A DNA stretch of 64,000 nucleotides from an uncultured delta proteobacterium (GCA_963769935.1 CAVYNY010000011.1:96001-160000); one strand, 5' to 3'. Shown: positions 1-11,507, numbered from the stretch's first letter. Numbers and translations: made by a program. The notes: generated from the sequence alone by a model not told the origin.

Positions 1-1083
1 AGCGGTGATACCTACAACCAGCTTCTGCTTAAAAAAAGGAAAGGCTGCTATTCGTGTCCCATTCAATGCAAACGCGTCATTGCGCTGGACGACCCCAAAT
101 ACGGTGTGGATTCGCGCTACGGTGGGCCTGAGTACGAGACCATGGCGGCGCTGGGGACTAATTTAAAAATAACAGATCTGAAAGCCATCGCCAAAGGCAA
201 TGAAATCTGCAACCGCTATTGCCTCGACACGATTTCGGCGGGCATGACCATTGCCTTTGCCTGCGAATGTTTTGAGGAAGGTGTCATTGCCAAGGCGGAT
301 ACCGGAGGCCGGGAGCTGCGCTTCGGCGATGCCGACCTGATGCTCGAACTGCTGGAGATGATCGCGCGCCGCGAAGGTTTTGGCGATGCTCTGGCGGAAG
401 GTTCCGCCCGCCTGGCAAAAAACTGGGGTGTTGAAGACCAACCGTGCAGCCTGTCGGTCAAAGGCATGGAAATCCCGATGCACGATCCGCGGGTTAAAGT
501 CGGGGTGGGTTTGGGCTATGCCGTCAGCACTTACGGCGCCGATCACATGACCGCCGCGCACGATCCGTATTTTGCCGATGAAAATTCTTTTATGTTTAAA
601 TCCGTAAAGCCGCTGGGTATCTACAAAGCCATGCATCCCACCGAGATCACTCATGACAAGGTCCGCAGCTACCAGCGGCTGGAATGTCTCTGGCGGATGA
701 TGGACGCTTTGGGGCTGTGTCTATTCGGATATGCTCCGCGGGGCGTGATGACACTTGATCTCATGGTACAATCCATCAATGCCGCGACAGGCTGGAATGC
801 AAGTCTGTTTGAATTGATGAAATCCGCCGAGCGCGGGTCCATGATTGCCCGGGCGTTTAACAGTCGTGAAGGGTTTACCATCAAGGACGACCGGCTGCCG
901 GAGCGGCTTTTTGACCCCAAACCGGATGGTCCCAATGCCGGTCGGCAAATTTTTACAAAAGAAGATTTCAACCAGGCCGTGCGGATATTTTACGAGATGA
1001 GCGGCTGTGATCCGGCCACCGGCCGGCCCCATCACGGCAAGTTGTTGGAGTTAGGCCTGGAATGGGTGGAAGAGTTGATGTGA
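1..1083 (+). CDS. Aldehyde:ferredoxin oxidoreductase family (tungstoenzyme), 5'-truncated by window edge
   Basis: Frame open from base 1: CYSCPIQC cluster motif, GPEYET, D-T-I-S-A-G, GADH and DDRLP motifs typical of AOR domains 2/3. Confidence 0.92.
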   Translation, partial: SGDTYNQLLLKKRKGCYSCPIQCKRVIALDDPKYGVDSRYGGPEYETMAALGTNLKITDLKAIAKGNEICNRYCLDTISAGMTIAFACECFEEGVIAKADTGGRELRFGDADLMLELLEMIARREGFGDALAEGSARLAKNWGVEDQPCSLSVKGMEIPMHDPRVKVGVGLGYAVSTYGADHMTAAHDPYFADENSFMFKSVKPLGIYKAMHPTEITHDKVRSYQRLECLWRMMDALGLCLFGYAPRGVMTLDLMVQSINAATGWNASLFELMKSAERGSMIARAFNSREGFTIKDDRLPERLFDPKPDGPNAGRQIFTKEDFNQAVRIFYEMSGCDPATGRPHHGKLLELGLEWVEELM

Positions 1084-1133
1084 GGTTCAATTTTCCAATA
1101 ACCAATAACTAATAACAAAAAATTGGAGGCTTC

Positions 1134-1734
1134 ATGCTAGGAAAACCCAAAAAACCTGAAAACGATACACCTTTTACCACCGGAAAAACAATAGCAGAAC
1201 AAAAGTCGGCTCTTTCTTCTTCTTCTCCTCCTCCTCCTCCTTCTTCTTCTTTCTTCTTCTTCTTCTTCTCCTCCCCCTCTTTCCCCACCGCGTCCGACGC
1301 CGCAAACCAGTGAAGCAAAAACCACCATCGGACAGCATATAGCCATCGAAGGGCAACTTCGAGGAGAGGAGCACCTGGTCATTGAGGGATCAATGAAGGG
1401 CAATGTTCAGATGGAGAAGCACAATTTTACGGTGGGCGCCAACGGGCAGGTTGATGGTGAAGTCCGTGCCCAGAACGTCAGCGTCAGCGGCCAGTTAAAA
1501 GGAACCATCACCGCCATGGGCAAAGTCGAGGTTACCAAGGAGGCGGATTTTTATGGTGATATCAGGGCTAAAAGCATTTCCGTGGAAGACGGCGCCTACT
1601 TCAAGGGCTCCATCGAACTGAGCCGGGAACCGCACCGCAAATCCGCTTTTGCCGAAGCGGCCAAGGGGCCGTCATCCGCTGAACCGGCCAAGGCGTCGTT
1701 TTCGCAGCCGGCCGCTGCCAAGAAGGAGCCTTGA
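1134..1734 (+). CDS. Bactofilin (polymer-forming cytoskeletal protein), frameshifted by one extra T near 1251
   Basis: GGAGG RBS, ATG at 1134. Removing one T in the TCT/CCT tract gives a Ser/Pro-rich N-tail joined to TTIGQHIAIEGQLRGEEHLVIEGSMKGNV...GDIRAKSISVEDGAYFKGSIE (bactofilin beta-helix). Confidence 0.85.
1212..1278. repeat. (TCT)n/(CCT)n trinucleotide microsatellite inside the bactofilin gene
   Basis: Directly visible low-complexity pyrimidine tract. Confidence 0.9.
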
Positions 1735-1737
1735 TTT

Positions 1738-2358
1738 TTGACCGCCTCGAGTGCTCCATATCCAAGGTATTCAGATACTGAGCCCTTTCCGGGAGGGTAC
1801 AACAGCACAATCCTCAAATTGTTTGTCGAAACGCTCGAGCGCTGGCGGGATGTTGAGATTCTCGATGTGGGTCCGGTCTGCCAGGAAAATATCATGTTTT
1901 TCGCCGGACGGATGCACCGGCACTATGTCTGCGATATGTTCCTGCGGCTGCAGCGCGAACCGGACCGGAAACCCGGCGGCCGTGATGTATTCCGGCATCT
2001 CGACTACCCGCCGCGCAGTTTTGATGGCATTCAGCTGTGGGATCTGACCGACCACCTTGACGATAATCAGGTTAAGCACCTGGTGAAGCGCTGTTTTGAT
2101 ATGCTCAGATCGACCGGTTTGTTGATGTTGACTGCCTTTGAAAAAAAACCGTATCCGGACCTGATTAATACCTTCGTCATCGGTCGGGAGTACCTTTTGG
2201 ATGTTCGTGGGCAGCCGCACCTTAAACTGCCATGGTATTGCCGCCACAATCGGGCGCTGATGTCCGTGCTGGCCGATTTCAATATTGTCAAATCATTTCG
2301 CTACCGCAACGGTCTGCGGGAGTTCTTGTTTGAAAAGCCCGGTCTTATAAGAGACTAG
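1738..2358 (+). CDS. Class I SAM-dependent methyltransferase-like protein
   Basis: EILDVGP motif I, FDGIQLWDLTDHL, LRSTGLL; 3 bp downstream of bactofilin. Confidence 0.65.
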   Translation: MTASSAPYPRYSDTEPFPGGYNSTILKLFVETLERWRDVEILDVGPVCQENIMFFAGRMHRHYVCDMFLRLQREPDRKPGGRDVFRHLDYPPRSFDGIQLWDLTDHLDDNQVKHLVKRCFDMLRSTGLLMLTAFEKKPYPDLINTFVIGREYLLDVRGQPHLKLPWYCRHNRALMSVLADFNIVKSFRYRNGLREFLFEKPGLIRD

Positions 2359-2567
2359 GCGCTTAAAGCCATAGCGACACTCCCGCCTGCAAGGCTCCAG
2401 CGGGCAGATTGTCGTCGATGTCGATTTATTTCATTTTGGTGCTTCGCCTCAGGCGTATCCAAGTCAGGTTAAATCAAATCCTACTCATGCTGAATTCCCT
2501 GTTCCTCAGATCGCGTGTATGTCTTTTGGCTGCAATCGGGACCATGTTGGGGCGGTTTTGAATCATA

Positions 2568-2919
2568 ATGATGAACATCATAAAACGAATTGCGGCAACC
2601 AACTATGTCCGCTCGGCTATAGAAGACAAAGCCGACTTAAGCGCGTTTAAAGAGAAACCCTCGACTCGGGTGGTCTGCGGCATATCGATCATCGGTTTCA
2701 GTTATATTATCGGCTGGCCGGCGATCGGTTTGCTGGCCATGATTTCCATCTTCCTGAAAAAACCCTTAATTCTCAGCTGTTGGCGGTCCGCTCACCTACG
2801 GCCTGTCACACCTGGTATTTGTGCTGGGGATGTATCTGGCCGGAGCTGATTACAGCCGTGTATTCCTGCGGTGGGCGACGCGGGTAACCGTTGAAAAATT
2901 GATGAATAAGGATTCTTGA
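2568..2919 (+). CDS. Small membrane protein, frameshifted by one extra base near 2775
   Basis: Hydrophobic ORF continues in the next frame as AVGGPLTYGLSHLVFVLGMYLAGADYSRVFLRWATRVTVEKL to TGA at 2917-2919. Confidence 0.65.
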
Positions 2920-3078
2920 ATAGCGCCATAATTTAAAATGAAACCGCATTAAAACAATGTTATGCGCTTTGAGATATTTCTGTTATAAGTTTAAATCTAA
3001 ACAACTTATCCAAACAGAATCTTTCTAAATGGCAACGGATAAATTTGTACTAAATGGAAAAACAGGAATTCATTGATT

Positions 3079-4158
3079 ATGAGTGACGGGATTTATCAAC
3101 AACTGGCCAAGGTTCTCGATACCCTTCCCAACGGTTTTCCGGCGACGGAAAACGGTATAGAAATCAAACTGCTTAAAAAAATCTTCGACCCCCAGGACGC
3201 CGAACTTTTCTGCGATTTAAAGTTGAGCTTTGAGACGACCGACCAGATTGCCCAGCGCACCGCCAGGCCACTGGCGGGACTGGAAGACCGGCTGACGTCC
3301 ATGTGGCGGCGCGGGCAAATTTTCGGCGTCAACCTGGGAGGGGTCAAAATATTCAAGATGGTTCCCTGGGCTATCGGTATTTATGAATTTCAACTGCCTC
3401 ACATGGATCGGGAGTTGGCCGAAATGTGCGCAGAATACATGCCGGTTTACGGTCGCCAGTTCTTCAAAAACAAACCCCAGCTGATGCAGGTCATTCCGGT
3501 AGAAAGGGAAATTCAAGCCAGACAGGAGGCGCTGCCATATGAGCGGGTATCCGGCATTATCGAAACCGGCAAATCCTTCCAGGTCAACGAATGCGTTTGT
3601 AAGAAAGAACAGGGTCTTATTGATAATCGGTGCGAAAAGCCGCTGGAGGTCTGTCTGGCCATTGCGCCGATTGAAGGTGTTTTCAAAAATTCAACGGTCG
3701 GGCGCCTGATCAGCAAAGAAGAAGCCTATGAGGTGCTCCGCAAATCCGAAGAGGCCGGCCTGGTCCACCTGACATGGAATGTGGAGAACGGCCACTTTTT
3801 CATCTGTAATTGTTGCGGGTGCTGCTGCAACGTGCTGCGCTCAATTAATGAACTGGGTATATCAGATGCCGTGAATTCCTACTATTATGCTCAAATCGAT
3901 CCGGAGGAATGCATTGCCTGCGGGGTATGCAAAGATGAACGCTGTCAGGTAAATGCCATCGAGGAGGGCCAGGGTGTTTACGCGGTAATCAAGGAACGCT
4001 GCATCGGATGCGGTCTGTGTGTCTCAACCTGCCCTTCAGAAGCAATTCGGTTGGTTCGCAAGAAACCTGCCGAAATAACATCGCCCCCTAAAGATGAAAT
4101 GGAGTGGTATCAGGAGCGCGGACGGCTGAGGGGGGTCGATTTCAGCAATTTCAGGTAA
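3079..4158 (+). CDS. 4Fe-4S dicluster binding protein
   Basis: CVC, FICNCCGCCC, CIACGVC..RC and CIGCGLCVSTCP motifs. Confidence 0.9.
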   Translation: MSDGIYQQLAKVLDTLPNGFPATENGIEIKLLKKIFDPQDAELFCDLKLSFETTDQIAQRTARPLAGLEDRLTSMWRRGQIFGVNLGGVKIFKMVPWAIGIYEFQLPHMDRELAEMCAEYMPVYGRQFFKNKPQLMQVIPVEREIQARQEALPYERVSGIIETGKSFQVNECVCKKEQGLIDNRCEKPLEVCLAIAPIEGVFKNSTVGRLISKEEAYEVLRKSEEAGLVHLTWNVENGHFFICNCCGCCCNVLRSINELGISDAVNSYYYAQIDPEECIACGVCKDERCQVNAIEEGQGVYAVIKERCIGCGLCVSTCPSEAIRLVRKKPAEITSPPKDEMEWYQERGRLRGVDFSNFR

Positions 4159-4211
4159 TATGCAAACCCGTTTGAGATTGCGCAATTCAGGGCTTTATAA
4201 GGGGGTAATTT

Positions 4212-5117
4212 ATGCCAAATGTCAAAGCCAACGGTATCCGGATTGAATACGACACCATCGGAAATTCATCCTCGCCGCCCTTGCTTTTGATTATGGGCCT
4301 GGGCGGACAGTTGATTCACTGGGACGCTGACTTTTGCGGGAAACTTGCCGATAAAGGACTTTTTATCATTCGATTCGACAACCGTGATACCGGTCTTTCC
4401 ACCAAATTCGAAGGGGCCGGTCCACCGGACATATCCGGCTTGTTCAATGCGCTCATGAAGGGCCAAACAATTGAGACACCCTATACGCTAAATGATATGG
4501 CCGATGATGCCGCCGGTTTGCTGGCGGCGCTGAATATCGAAAAAGCTCACATCTGCGGCTCCTCGATGGGCGGTATGATTGCCCAGACCCTTGCCATCCG
4601 GCACCCGCAGCGTCTTTTAAGCCTCATTTCGATCTACGGCACAACCGGAAATCCGAATTTGCCGCCGCCGCAACCCGCAGCAATGGAAGCGCTGATGACG
4701 CCGCCTCCCGCCGAACGCGAGGCCTACATTGAATATAACGTCAAAACGATGAAGGCGATTGCCGGCTCGGGTTTTCCCTTTGACGAGCAGTTTATCCGCA
4801 GCATATCGGCCCAGGCGTATGACCGTGCCTTTTATCCGCAGGGCGTCGGCCGTCAAATGATGGCGGTTATGACCCAGGAAAACCGCGAACCCGCCCTGGC
4901 ATCGGTCAGTGTTCCCGCCCTTGTGATCCACGGCACCGCCGACCCCCTTGTGCCGCCGGCGCACGGCACGCAAACGGCCAATGCCATACCCGGTGCGCAA
5001 CTGCTGCTCATTGAGGGCATGGGACACGATTTGCCCCACATAAAAGGACCCTGGCCGCAGGTCATAGACGCCATCGCGGACCACACGAAAAACGCCGAAG
5101 CCGTAAGGCGGCAATAA
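4212..5117 (+). CDS. Alpha/beta fold hydrolase
   Basis: FDNRDTGLS, GSSMGG nucleophile elbow, HGTADPLVP, GMGH. Confidence 0.92.
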   Translation: MPNVKANGIRIEYDTIGNSSSPPLLLIMGLGGQLIHWDADFCGKLADKGLFIIRFDNRDTGLSTKFEGAGPPDISGLFNALMKGQTIETPYTLNDMADDAAGLLAALNIEKAHICGSSMGGMIAQTLAIRHPQRLLSLISIYGTTGNPNLPPPQPAAMEALMTPPPAEREAYIEYNVKTMKAIAGSGFPFDEQFIRSISAQAYDRAFYPQGVGRQMMAVMTQENREPALASVSVPALVIHGTADPLVPPAHGTQTANAIPGAQLLLIEGMGHDLPHIKGPWPQVIDAIADHTKNAEAVRRQ

Positions 5118-5151
5118 TGTGGTGATTGGAATGTTTGATAATAAAAAAAAA

Positions 5152-5191
5152 GTCATTCTAACGCCCGGATACCCGCCTTCGCGGGTATGAC
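5152..5191. repeat. Partial CGTC-type REP palindrome
   Basis: GGATACCCGCCTTCGCGGGTATGAC, related to the complete element at 15671. Confidence 0.6.
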
Positions 5192-5293
5192 GGCTGTTTT
5201 AACTAATCGATATGAACACCTTAATTGTCATTTTCGCAGCCCATATATTCAATCGCAATAACGAACGAAGCAAGTTATCGGGAGACTGCCGCC

Positions 5294-5599
5294 GTGCCCA
5301 TCGAAGTGATGATAAAAAGGAAAATCAAGCAGGGACCCCAGGCCGGCAAACTGGTACCGCTTATTTTGCAGCTCAGAGTGCTTGCCACCTATCAGCCGGG
5401 CTACATATCCGGCCGGACTTTGTATAATCTGGAAAATCCGGAAGATTGCCTGGTCGTCAGTGAATGGCAATCGTTGGAAGACTGGTATAACTGGATGAAG
5501 AGTCCCCAAAGGAAGGAACTCCAGGATAAAATTGACGTATTGTCCGGCGAGCAGACCGGATACAGCATTTATGCACCCATGGTCGTGAAGGAGCTCTGA
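5294..5599 (+). CDS. Antibiotic biosynthesis monooxygenase (ABM) family protein
   Basis: GGAG RBS before GTG at 5294; QPGYISG and VVSEWQSLEDWYNW motifs. Confidence 0.8.
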   Translation: MPIEVMIKRKIKQGPQAGKLVPLILQLRVLATYQPGYISGRTLYNLENPEDCLVVSEWQSLEDWYNWMKSPQRKELQDKIDVLSGEQTGYSIYAPMVVKEL

Positions 5600-5693
5600 A
5601 CGCCGTGGGAGTATATTTGCCTATGATGGTTCAAACCCGACAGACCCAGGGACCCTGGGTCGTTATGGGTTAATTGTTCAAGGAGGTTTAGCG

Positions 5694-6602
5694 ATGGAAA
5701 ATTCCAATACAAGCAAAGTGGCACTTGTCAGCACCCAGAATCGCAAGACCGGGGTTGCATCATCCATTCAGGCCCTGGGTATCAATCCGGTGAAGAACAA
5801 AAACGTTCTCATCAAACCTAATTTCAACACGGCCGATCAGGTACCGGGGTCCACCCACAACGATACCCTGGCGGCCCTGATCGAAGAGGTCTGGAAGATG
5901 GGGGCCAAAACGGTGCGCCTGGGTGAGCGCAGCTACCCGCTGACCCGTGAGGTCATGGCGCAAAAAGGCGTTCTGCCGCTGCTGGAAAAGCTGGATGTCG
6001 ACGTCGTGGATTTTGACGATCTGCCCGAAAAGGATTGGGTCAAGGTGGACGCCGATGGATCCCACTGGCGGGATGGATTTCGGGTGGCCCGGCCGATCCT
6101 GGAGAACGAATGTCTGATCACCACCTGCTGCCTTAAAACGCACCAGTTCGGCGGGGTGTTTACCATGTCTTTGAAAAATCACGTAGGCGTAGTTCCCACC
6201 ACCCGCCACGGATACGACTATATGAGAGAGCTGCACTCATCGCCCCACCAGCGCAAACTGATTGCCGAAATCAACGCACCCTTCAAACCCGATCTCGTCG
6301 TACTGGATGGTATCGAGGCCTTTGTGGACGGCGGCCCGGCCAATGGCAAAAGAGCCAACGGCAATGTTTTTCTGGCATCCGCCGATCGGGTGGCGATCGA
6401 TGCCGTCGGCGTGGCGATTTTAAAATCACTGGGCAGCAACGCCAAGATCATGAACACGAAGATTTTCGAACAGGAGCAGATTGCCCGGGCCGCGGAATTA
6501 GGGCTGGGGGCATCCTCTCCAGCCGACATCGATCTGATATCGGCGGATGATGCCAGCCGTGAATACCGGGATCGGATTGCCGCAATATTAAATGAGGGCT
6601 GA
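5694..6602 (+). CDS. DUF362 domain protein
   Basis: VLIKPN, LKTH, TMSLKN, ASADRVAIDAVG motifs. Confidence 0.88.
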   Translation: MENSNTSKVALVSTQNRKTGVASSIQALGINPVKNKNVLIKPNFNTADQVPGSTHNDTLAALIEEVWKMGAKTVRLGERSYPLTREVMAQKGVLPLLEKLDVDVVDFDDLPEKDWVKVDADGSHWRDGFRVARPILENECLITTCCLKTHQFGGVFTMSLKNHVGVVPTTRHGYDYMRELHSSPHQRKLIAEINAPFKPDLVVLDGIEAFVDGGPANGKRANGNVFLASADRVAIDAVGVAILKSLGSNAKIMNTKIFEQEQIARAAELGLGASSPADIDLISADDASREYRDRIAAILNEG

Positions 6603-6810
6603 ATCCAACCCGGGATCGACTGCGGTTTATCTAATAAACTAATCACTCTCTGCGGCCTCAGCGCGGCGGTGATATCTATAAATATATCTCTGTTGAGAGG
6701 TCAATTTGCCGTTAGGATCTTTATCGACTAAACGTAACCGTATTTATTAAACTATTTCCAAATCATATCGACCCGGCAAATCATAATTCTAATTCTATAA
6801 AGGAGCACCG

Positions 6811-7476
6811 ATGCAATTGAAAGAGGCCATTCGTAGCCGCCGCAGCATTCGACAGTTTTTATCCAAACCGGTACCTGAAGAAATGATCCGGGAACTTATC
6901 GCCGACTCCCTCTGGGTACCCTCCTGGGGCAACACCCAGCCCTGGGAAATTGTGGTGGTCACCGGGGAAAAATTGGAAGAATTTAAAAAGAAAAATATGG
7001 CGGCTCTTGCAGCCGGTAAAGCCTCCCAAACGGATGTTCCTATGCCCCGGGTGTGGCCGGAAGCCTACTTGAATCGCTACAAAGACCTTGGCAAAGGTGT
7101 TTTATCATCCCTTGGCATCGCGCGGGAAGACAAGCAAGCCCGGCTGCAGCATTTTGTCCGGATGTTCGGCCTGTTTGAGGCGCCGGCCATAATTCTGGTC
7201 AACGTCGACAAAGCGCTTTCGCTGGAATATGCCATGCTGGATGTCGGCATCTTGCTGCAGACTTTCTGTCTCCTGGCTCACGACCGGGGACTGGGCACCT
7301 GCATCATGGCGGCCATCGTCAACTATCCGGAAATTGTGCATGAGTTGTTTTCAATCCCTGAAAATAAGACCATCGTCATGGGGGCCATCCTTGGCTGGCC
7401 GGATCCCGAGGCAGCGGTGAACCAATTTGAGAGACAGCGCGGCTCGTTGGAGGAATTTGTGCGGTGGGTAAGTTAA
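6811..7476 (+). CDS. Nitroreductase family protein
   Basis: RRSIR, PSWGNTQPW, GLGTCI motifs. Confidence 0.93.
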   Translation: MQLKEAIRSRRSIRQFLSKPVPEEMIRELIADSLWVPSWGNTQPWEIVVVTGEKLEEFKKKNMAALAAGKASQTDVPMPRVWPEAYLNRYKDLGKGVLSSLGIAREDKQARLQHFVRMFGLFEAPAIILVNVDKALSLEYAMLDVGILLQTFCLLAHDRGLGTCIMAAIVNYPEIVHELFSIPENKTIVMGAILGWPDPEAAVNQFERQRGSLEEFVRWVS

Positions 7477-7732
7477 AGCCGCAGATCAAAAATCTGAAAA
7501 TATTCCATTTGACCTCGCCAAATTGTGCGGAAGACTTGGTCAGCCAAACAAAAACATTAACCTGAAAACCTATCTCGATTCCTCTGTTCAAGGCAGTCCT
7601 GCCTTTTTATTTTTCCTAAGTAATGAAGCCGCTCACATCTCGTTGCAGTAGTGTAATGATTTCGAAAACTTGATTGCGTTTTAATCATTTTCCGTTTTTC
7701 CTGTTCCATTTTTTTACCTGGCAATTTCCTAT

Positions 7733-7760
7733 TAAAGTAATTCTTGTCTTATTCCGATAA
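7733..7760 (+). promoter_or_regulatory. Candidate sigma28 (FliA) promoter of the MCP gene
   Basis: TAAA-N16-TCCGATAA (consensus TAAA-N15-GCCGATAA) about 50 bp upstream of a chemoreceptor. Confidence 0.55.
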
Positions 7761-7810
7761 CTATTCTGAGTATCAATAATACCGGGCCCCAATTTTGGAG
7801 GTAATTGCAT

Positions 7811-10039
7811 ATGCGTATCAATACCAAGATAATGCTGCTGATTGCGACAGGTTTGGTCGTGACATCAATCGTGATTGGGGTGCTGGCCGTGGAGCAGCTG
7901 AATCGATCCGGCAAAATGGCTATAGGCCAGATCGAAGCATTGCGTCCCGAATATCTGAAAAGAATACAAGCGGATGGAAATAGCCAGCTGGAGCATTTCC
8001 GCGAGCAGCTCCTTTTGCGTAAAAAGGAATATCTCAAATCCCAGGTACAGACAACCATCGGTGTTCTCGAAAAAGCCTATCAGGACGCCCATAATCCTGA
8101 AAAGCTAATGGCGGTTTACAGGGATCAGCTGCTTAATGCCGTCAATACCGCCTACAGTGTTCTTGTCGCTTTTGAAAAGGATACAAATCTGAGCCTGGAG
8201 GAAAAACAGCAAAAAGCAGCTAATATGATAAAAAATTTGCGGTACGGTCCGGAAAACAAGGACTATTTCTGGATCAACGATATGCATCCCAGGATGATTA
8301 TGCATCCCTACAAGCCCGAATTGGACGGTCAGGATCTCTCAGAGAACAAAGATCCCAACGGCAAGAAGCTGTTTGTCGAATTTGCGAATGTCTGCCGGGA
8401 AAAAGGCGAAGGTTTTGTGGATTATTACTGGCCCAAATACGGAGCCGACAAGCCGCAGCCCAAATTGTCCTATGTAAAACTGTTCAAGCCTTGGAACTGG
8501 ATTATCGGGTCCGGTGTTTACATGGAAGTGGCCGAGGCCAAGTTGAAAGCCGATTCGGCCGCCATTATTGAAAATCTACGATATGGTCCGGAAATGAAAG
8601 ATTATTTCTGGATTAACGACATGCATCCCACCATGATCATGCACCCTTACAAGCCCGAGCTCAACGGCAAGGATCTTTCAGAGAACCAAGATCCCAACGG
8701 CAAGAAGCTGTTTGTTGAGTTCGTGAATGTCTGCCGGGAAAACGGCGAAGGGTTTGTGGATTACTACTGGCCCAAATACGGCTCTGACAAACCGCAGCCC
8801 AAGTTATCCTTCGTCAAGCTTTTTAAAAAGTGGAACTGGGTGATCGGTACCGGCCTGTATGTCGACGATATCGACACCCTGGTCGAGGCGCGCAAAGCAA
8901 AAATACAAGAAAGCATCAATGAAGCCAGCGCTGAAACGACCAATCAGATTGCAACCATCGAGCGGGCTATCAAAAACAATATTAAGCGGGTCGTGATGAT
9001 AATCGGTTTGAGCACAATCATTGTATTGGCCTTAATCTTAACGGTATCTTATTTCTTTACCCAGCGCAGCATCGCCAGCCCCGTAAGACGCATTATCGAC
9101 CGGTTGAACGACGGCGCCGAACAGGTGGCTGCGGCATCCGGCCAAATAACCTCATCCAGCCAATCCCTGGCAGAAGGCGCGTCGCAGCAGGCGGCCTCCA
9201 TAGAGGAAAGCTCCGCCTCGTTAGAGGAAATGGCGTCGATGACCAAGCAGAATGCCGACAATGCCGGCCAGGCCGACCAGCTGATGCAGCAGGCTGGAAA
9301 AGTGGTGAATCAGGCCAATGAATCCATGGCGGATCTGACGGCTTCCATGGAGGACATAACCCGGTCCAGTTTGGAGACATCGAAAATAATAAAAACCATC
9401 GATGAGATTGCGTTTCAGACCAATCTTCTGGCCTTGAATGCAGCTGTTGAAGCGGCGCGTGCGGGAGAGGCCGGTGCCGGGTTTGCGGTGGTGGCGGATG
9501 AAGTCAGAAACCTTGCCCTGCGGGCCGCAGATGCAGCCAAAAACACCGCCGGCCTGATCGACGATACCACCCTGAAAGTGAAAACCGGTTCGGATCTGGT
9601 ATCCGCTACCAATAGCGCCTTTGTCCAGGTAACTGAAAGTGCATCCAAGGTCGCTGAACTGGTAGCCGAAATCGCGGCGGCCTCCGATGAGCAGGCCCGG
9701 GGTATAGAACAGATCGGAACGGCCGTGACCGAAATGGATAAGGTAACCCAGCAAAATGCCGCCAATGCCGAGGAGTCGGCTTCCGCCTCGGAACAGATGC
9801 ATTCCCAGGCTGAAGACATAAAAGAAATGGTAACCGAGCTGATGGCTCTGGTTGGCGGATCATCGGGCCGGAATAACAAAGCGCCAGCTTCGTATATGCC
9901 TGCCGCCGTCGCTGAAATGAAGCGGAAGCTTAAGGCGCCCAATTTGAGCACCAGCCATGATAAGGCGGTACGGCGCGCGCAACATAAACCCAGAGGGGAG
10001 CAGGTCCTTCCGCTGGAGGATGATTTCAAAGACTTTTAA
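7811..10039 (+). CDS. Methyl-accepting chemotaxis protein with two tandem Cache domains
   Basis: N-terminal TM, duplicated [26 protein letters not shown] unit, second [36 protein letters not shown] signalling hairpin. Confidence 0.96.
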   Translation: MRINTKIMLLIATGLVVTSIVIGVLAVEQLNRSGKMAIGQIEALRPEYLKRIQADGNSQLEHFREQLLLRKKEYLKSQVQTTIGVLEKAYQDAHNPEKLMAVYRDQLLNAVNTAYSVLVAFEKDTNLSLEEKQQKAANMIKNLRYGPENKDYFWINDMHPRMIMHPYKPELDGQDLSENKDPNGKKLFVEFANVCREKGEGFVDYYWPKYGADKPQPKLSYVKLFKPWNWIIGSGVYMEVAEAKLKADSAAIIENLRYGPEMKDYFWINDMHPTMIMHPYKPELNGKDLSENQDPNGKKLFVEFVNVCRENGEGFVDYYWPKYGSDKPQPKLSFVKLFKKWNWVIGTGLYVDDIDTLVEARKAKIQESINEASAETTNQIATIERAIKNNIKRVVMIIGLSTIIVLALILTVSYFFTQRSIASPVRRIIDRLNDGAEQVAAASGQITSSSQSLAEGASQQAASIEESSASLEEMASMTKQNADNAGQADQLMQQAGKVVNQANESMADLTASMEDITRSSLETSKIIKTIDEIAFQTNLLALNAAVEAARAGEAGAGFAVVADEVRNLALRAADAAKNTAGLIDDTTLKVKTGSDLVSATNSAFVQVTESASKVAELVAEIAAASDEQARGIEQIGTAVTEMDKVTQQNAANAEESASASEQMHSQAEDIKEMVTELMALVGGSSGRNNKAPASYMPAAVAEMKRKLKAPNLSTSHDKAVRRAQHKPRGEQVLPLEDDFKDF

Positions 10040-10538
10040 AGTTTCGTAAACAGTCGGAAGTGCAACTTTTTACGAGAGTGTTTAGTATTTGGTGTTTAGT
10101 GTTTATCGATCTAATGACTCGATATGTAGGCAAAATTGCATGCCGAACACCGAACACAAAAAACATGATCAATTCGAATTTTTACGAACGCATCAAATTT
10201 GATTATTCCCGCAATTTATGATTCTTCTGTCAGTTTTAGAAGGCTTTTCATTGGGGGCCGTCTCTTGACACTATCCCCAAAAAATACTATTCCATAGCCG
10301 AACCTTCTGTTAACTCCAAAAACATTTGGAGATTGCAATGAACCTCAAAGTCTGCCTTTTTTAATCCTGATGGAATGGGGTAATCCATCGGTATTTTTTT
10401 GCTATAAAGCACATCCAATCGCTGTTCTCATCCACTATCAATTCAAATCTTCCGGTCAGAAGCTGTGGGTAATCAAATTGGTCTCAAGGTAGTCCGCGCA
10501 GCAAGGTCGGATAAACTGCCATATAGGAGGCGCAAATC

Positions 10539-11507
10539 ATGACAGCCATAAGAGAAACCGGAAAAATAAACGAGACGACATATCTAATAGATATCGGTAT
10601 GATGGGTGTTGCGGGTGTAACGGCGGTTTATTTCATTGCAGACGACAAAAAGTGCCTTATCGACGGCGGCACAAAAAGCGAAGCATTTCGAATAATTAAT
10701 TTCCTGAAAGCGCAAAATGCCTTTCCGCCGGACATCATCATTGTTACCCATTCACATTGGGACCATACCCAGGGAATTCCCCTTATTCGCAAGGAGGCAG
10801 CAAAGCTGGGTAAAACAGTCGAGGTAGTAGCTTCGGAAAAGGCGATTCCGCTATTAGCGGATCAATCTTATAATGCTGCCTTCGAATCCGGACATTATGC
10901 TAATATAACTGATGTGACCCCGGTTAAAGAAGGCGATTGCATAGAAATCGGTAAAACCACTTTGCGGATCTATGAGGTTCCCGGGCATCACAAAGATCAT
11001 ATTGCAATCTACGATGAAAAAAACAGAAATATCTTCACCGGGGATTCTCTCGGCTACAAAGTCGGAGATAAGACCTTCCTGCCACCCTTTATGCCGCCCT
11101 TCTGGAATAGGGAATCGTTCTTATCTACTATTGAGAAATACAAACAGATCAATTTTGACAGTCTGTGCCAGGCCCATTTTGGATTCATTTATGGCGATGA
11201 AGCCAGGGATATTCTCGATGAGGCGGTTTCAATCTATGAGAAGTGGTGGCGGCTGTTTGAAGAAAATGCTGACAATCTGGATGATACGGATCACATGCTG
11301 GAAGTGATTCTCAAAGAAATAAACCCTGCTCCGATTTATCCCGACATAGTTTCGCTCAAGTTAAAAATCCTGGCCGGGGTGATGACAGCCGGAGCTAAAC
11401 TTATCGGCAAGCAGCCAAAGCCGCTCTACCAGCATCTATTGAAGGGAATTGTCGCCTGGTTGGCAAAAGGATATAAAATGTCCGAAGATCAAAATCTTGT
11501 TCGATGA
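10539..11507 (+). CDS. MBL-fold metallo-hydrolase
   Basis: THSHWDH, PGH, FTGD, AHFG motifs. Confidence 0.9.
   Translation: MTAIRETGKINETTYLIDIGMMGVAGVTAVYFIADDKKCLIDGGTKSEAFRIINFLKAQNAFPPDIIIVTHSHWDHTQGIPLIRKEAAKLGKTVEVVASEKAIPLLADQSYNAAFESGHYANITDVTPVKEGDCIEIGKTTLRIYEVPGHHKDHIAIYDEKNRNIFTGDSLGYKVGDKTFLPPFMPPFWNRESFLSTIEKYKQINFDSLCQAHFGFIYGDEARDILDEAVSIYEKWWRLFEENADNLDDTDHMLEVILKEINPAPIYPDIVSLKLKILAGVMTAGAKLIGKQPKPLYQHLLKGIVAWLAKGYKMSEDQNLVR

Noticed and set aside
1109..1403. Minus-strand ORFs with poly-E/K/R/G runs
   Set aside because: Antisense readings of the TCT/CCT microsatellite in the bactofilin gene.
10040..10200. TTCGTAAA..TTTTTACGA inverted repeats and 7-bp repeats; also short 9-10-bp tandem repeats near 16255 and 51995
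   Set aside because: Degenerate short intergenic repeats; too decayed to define as elements.
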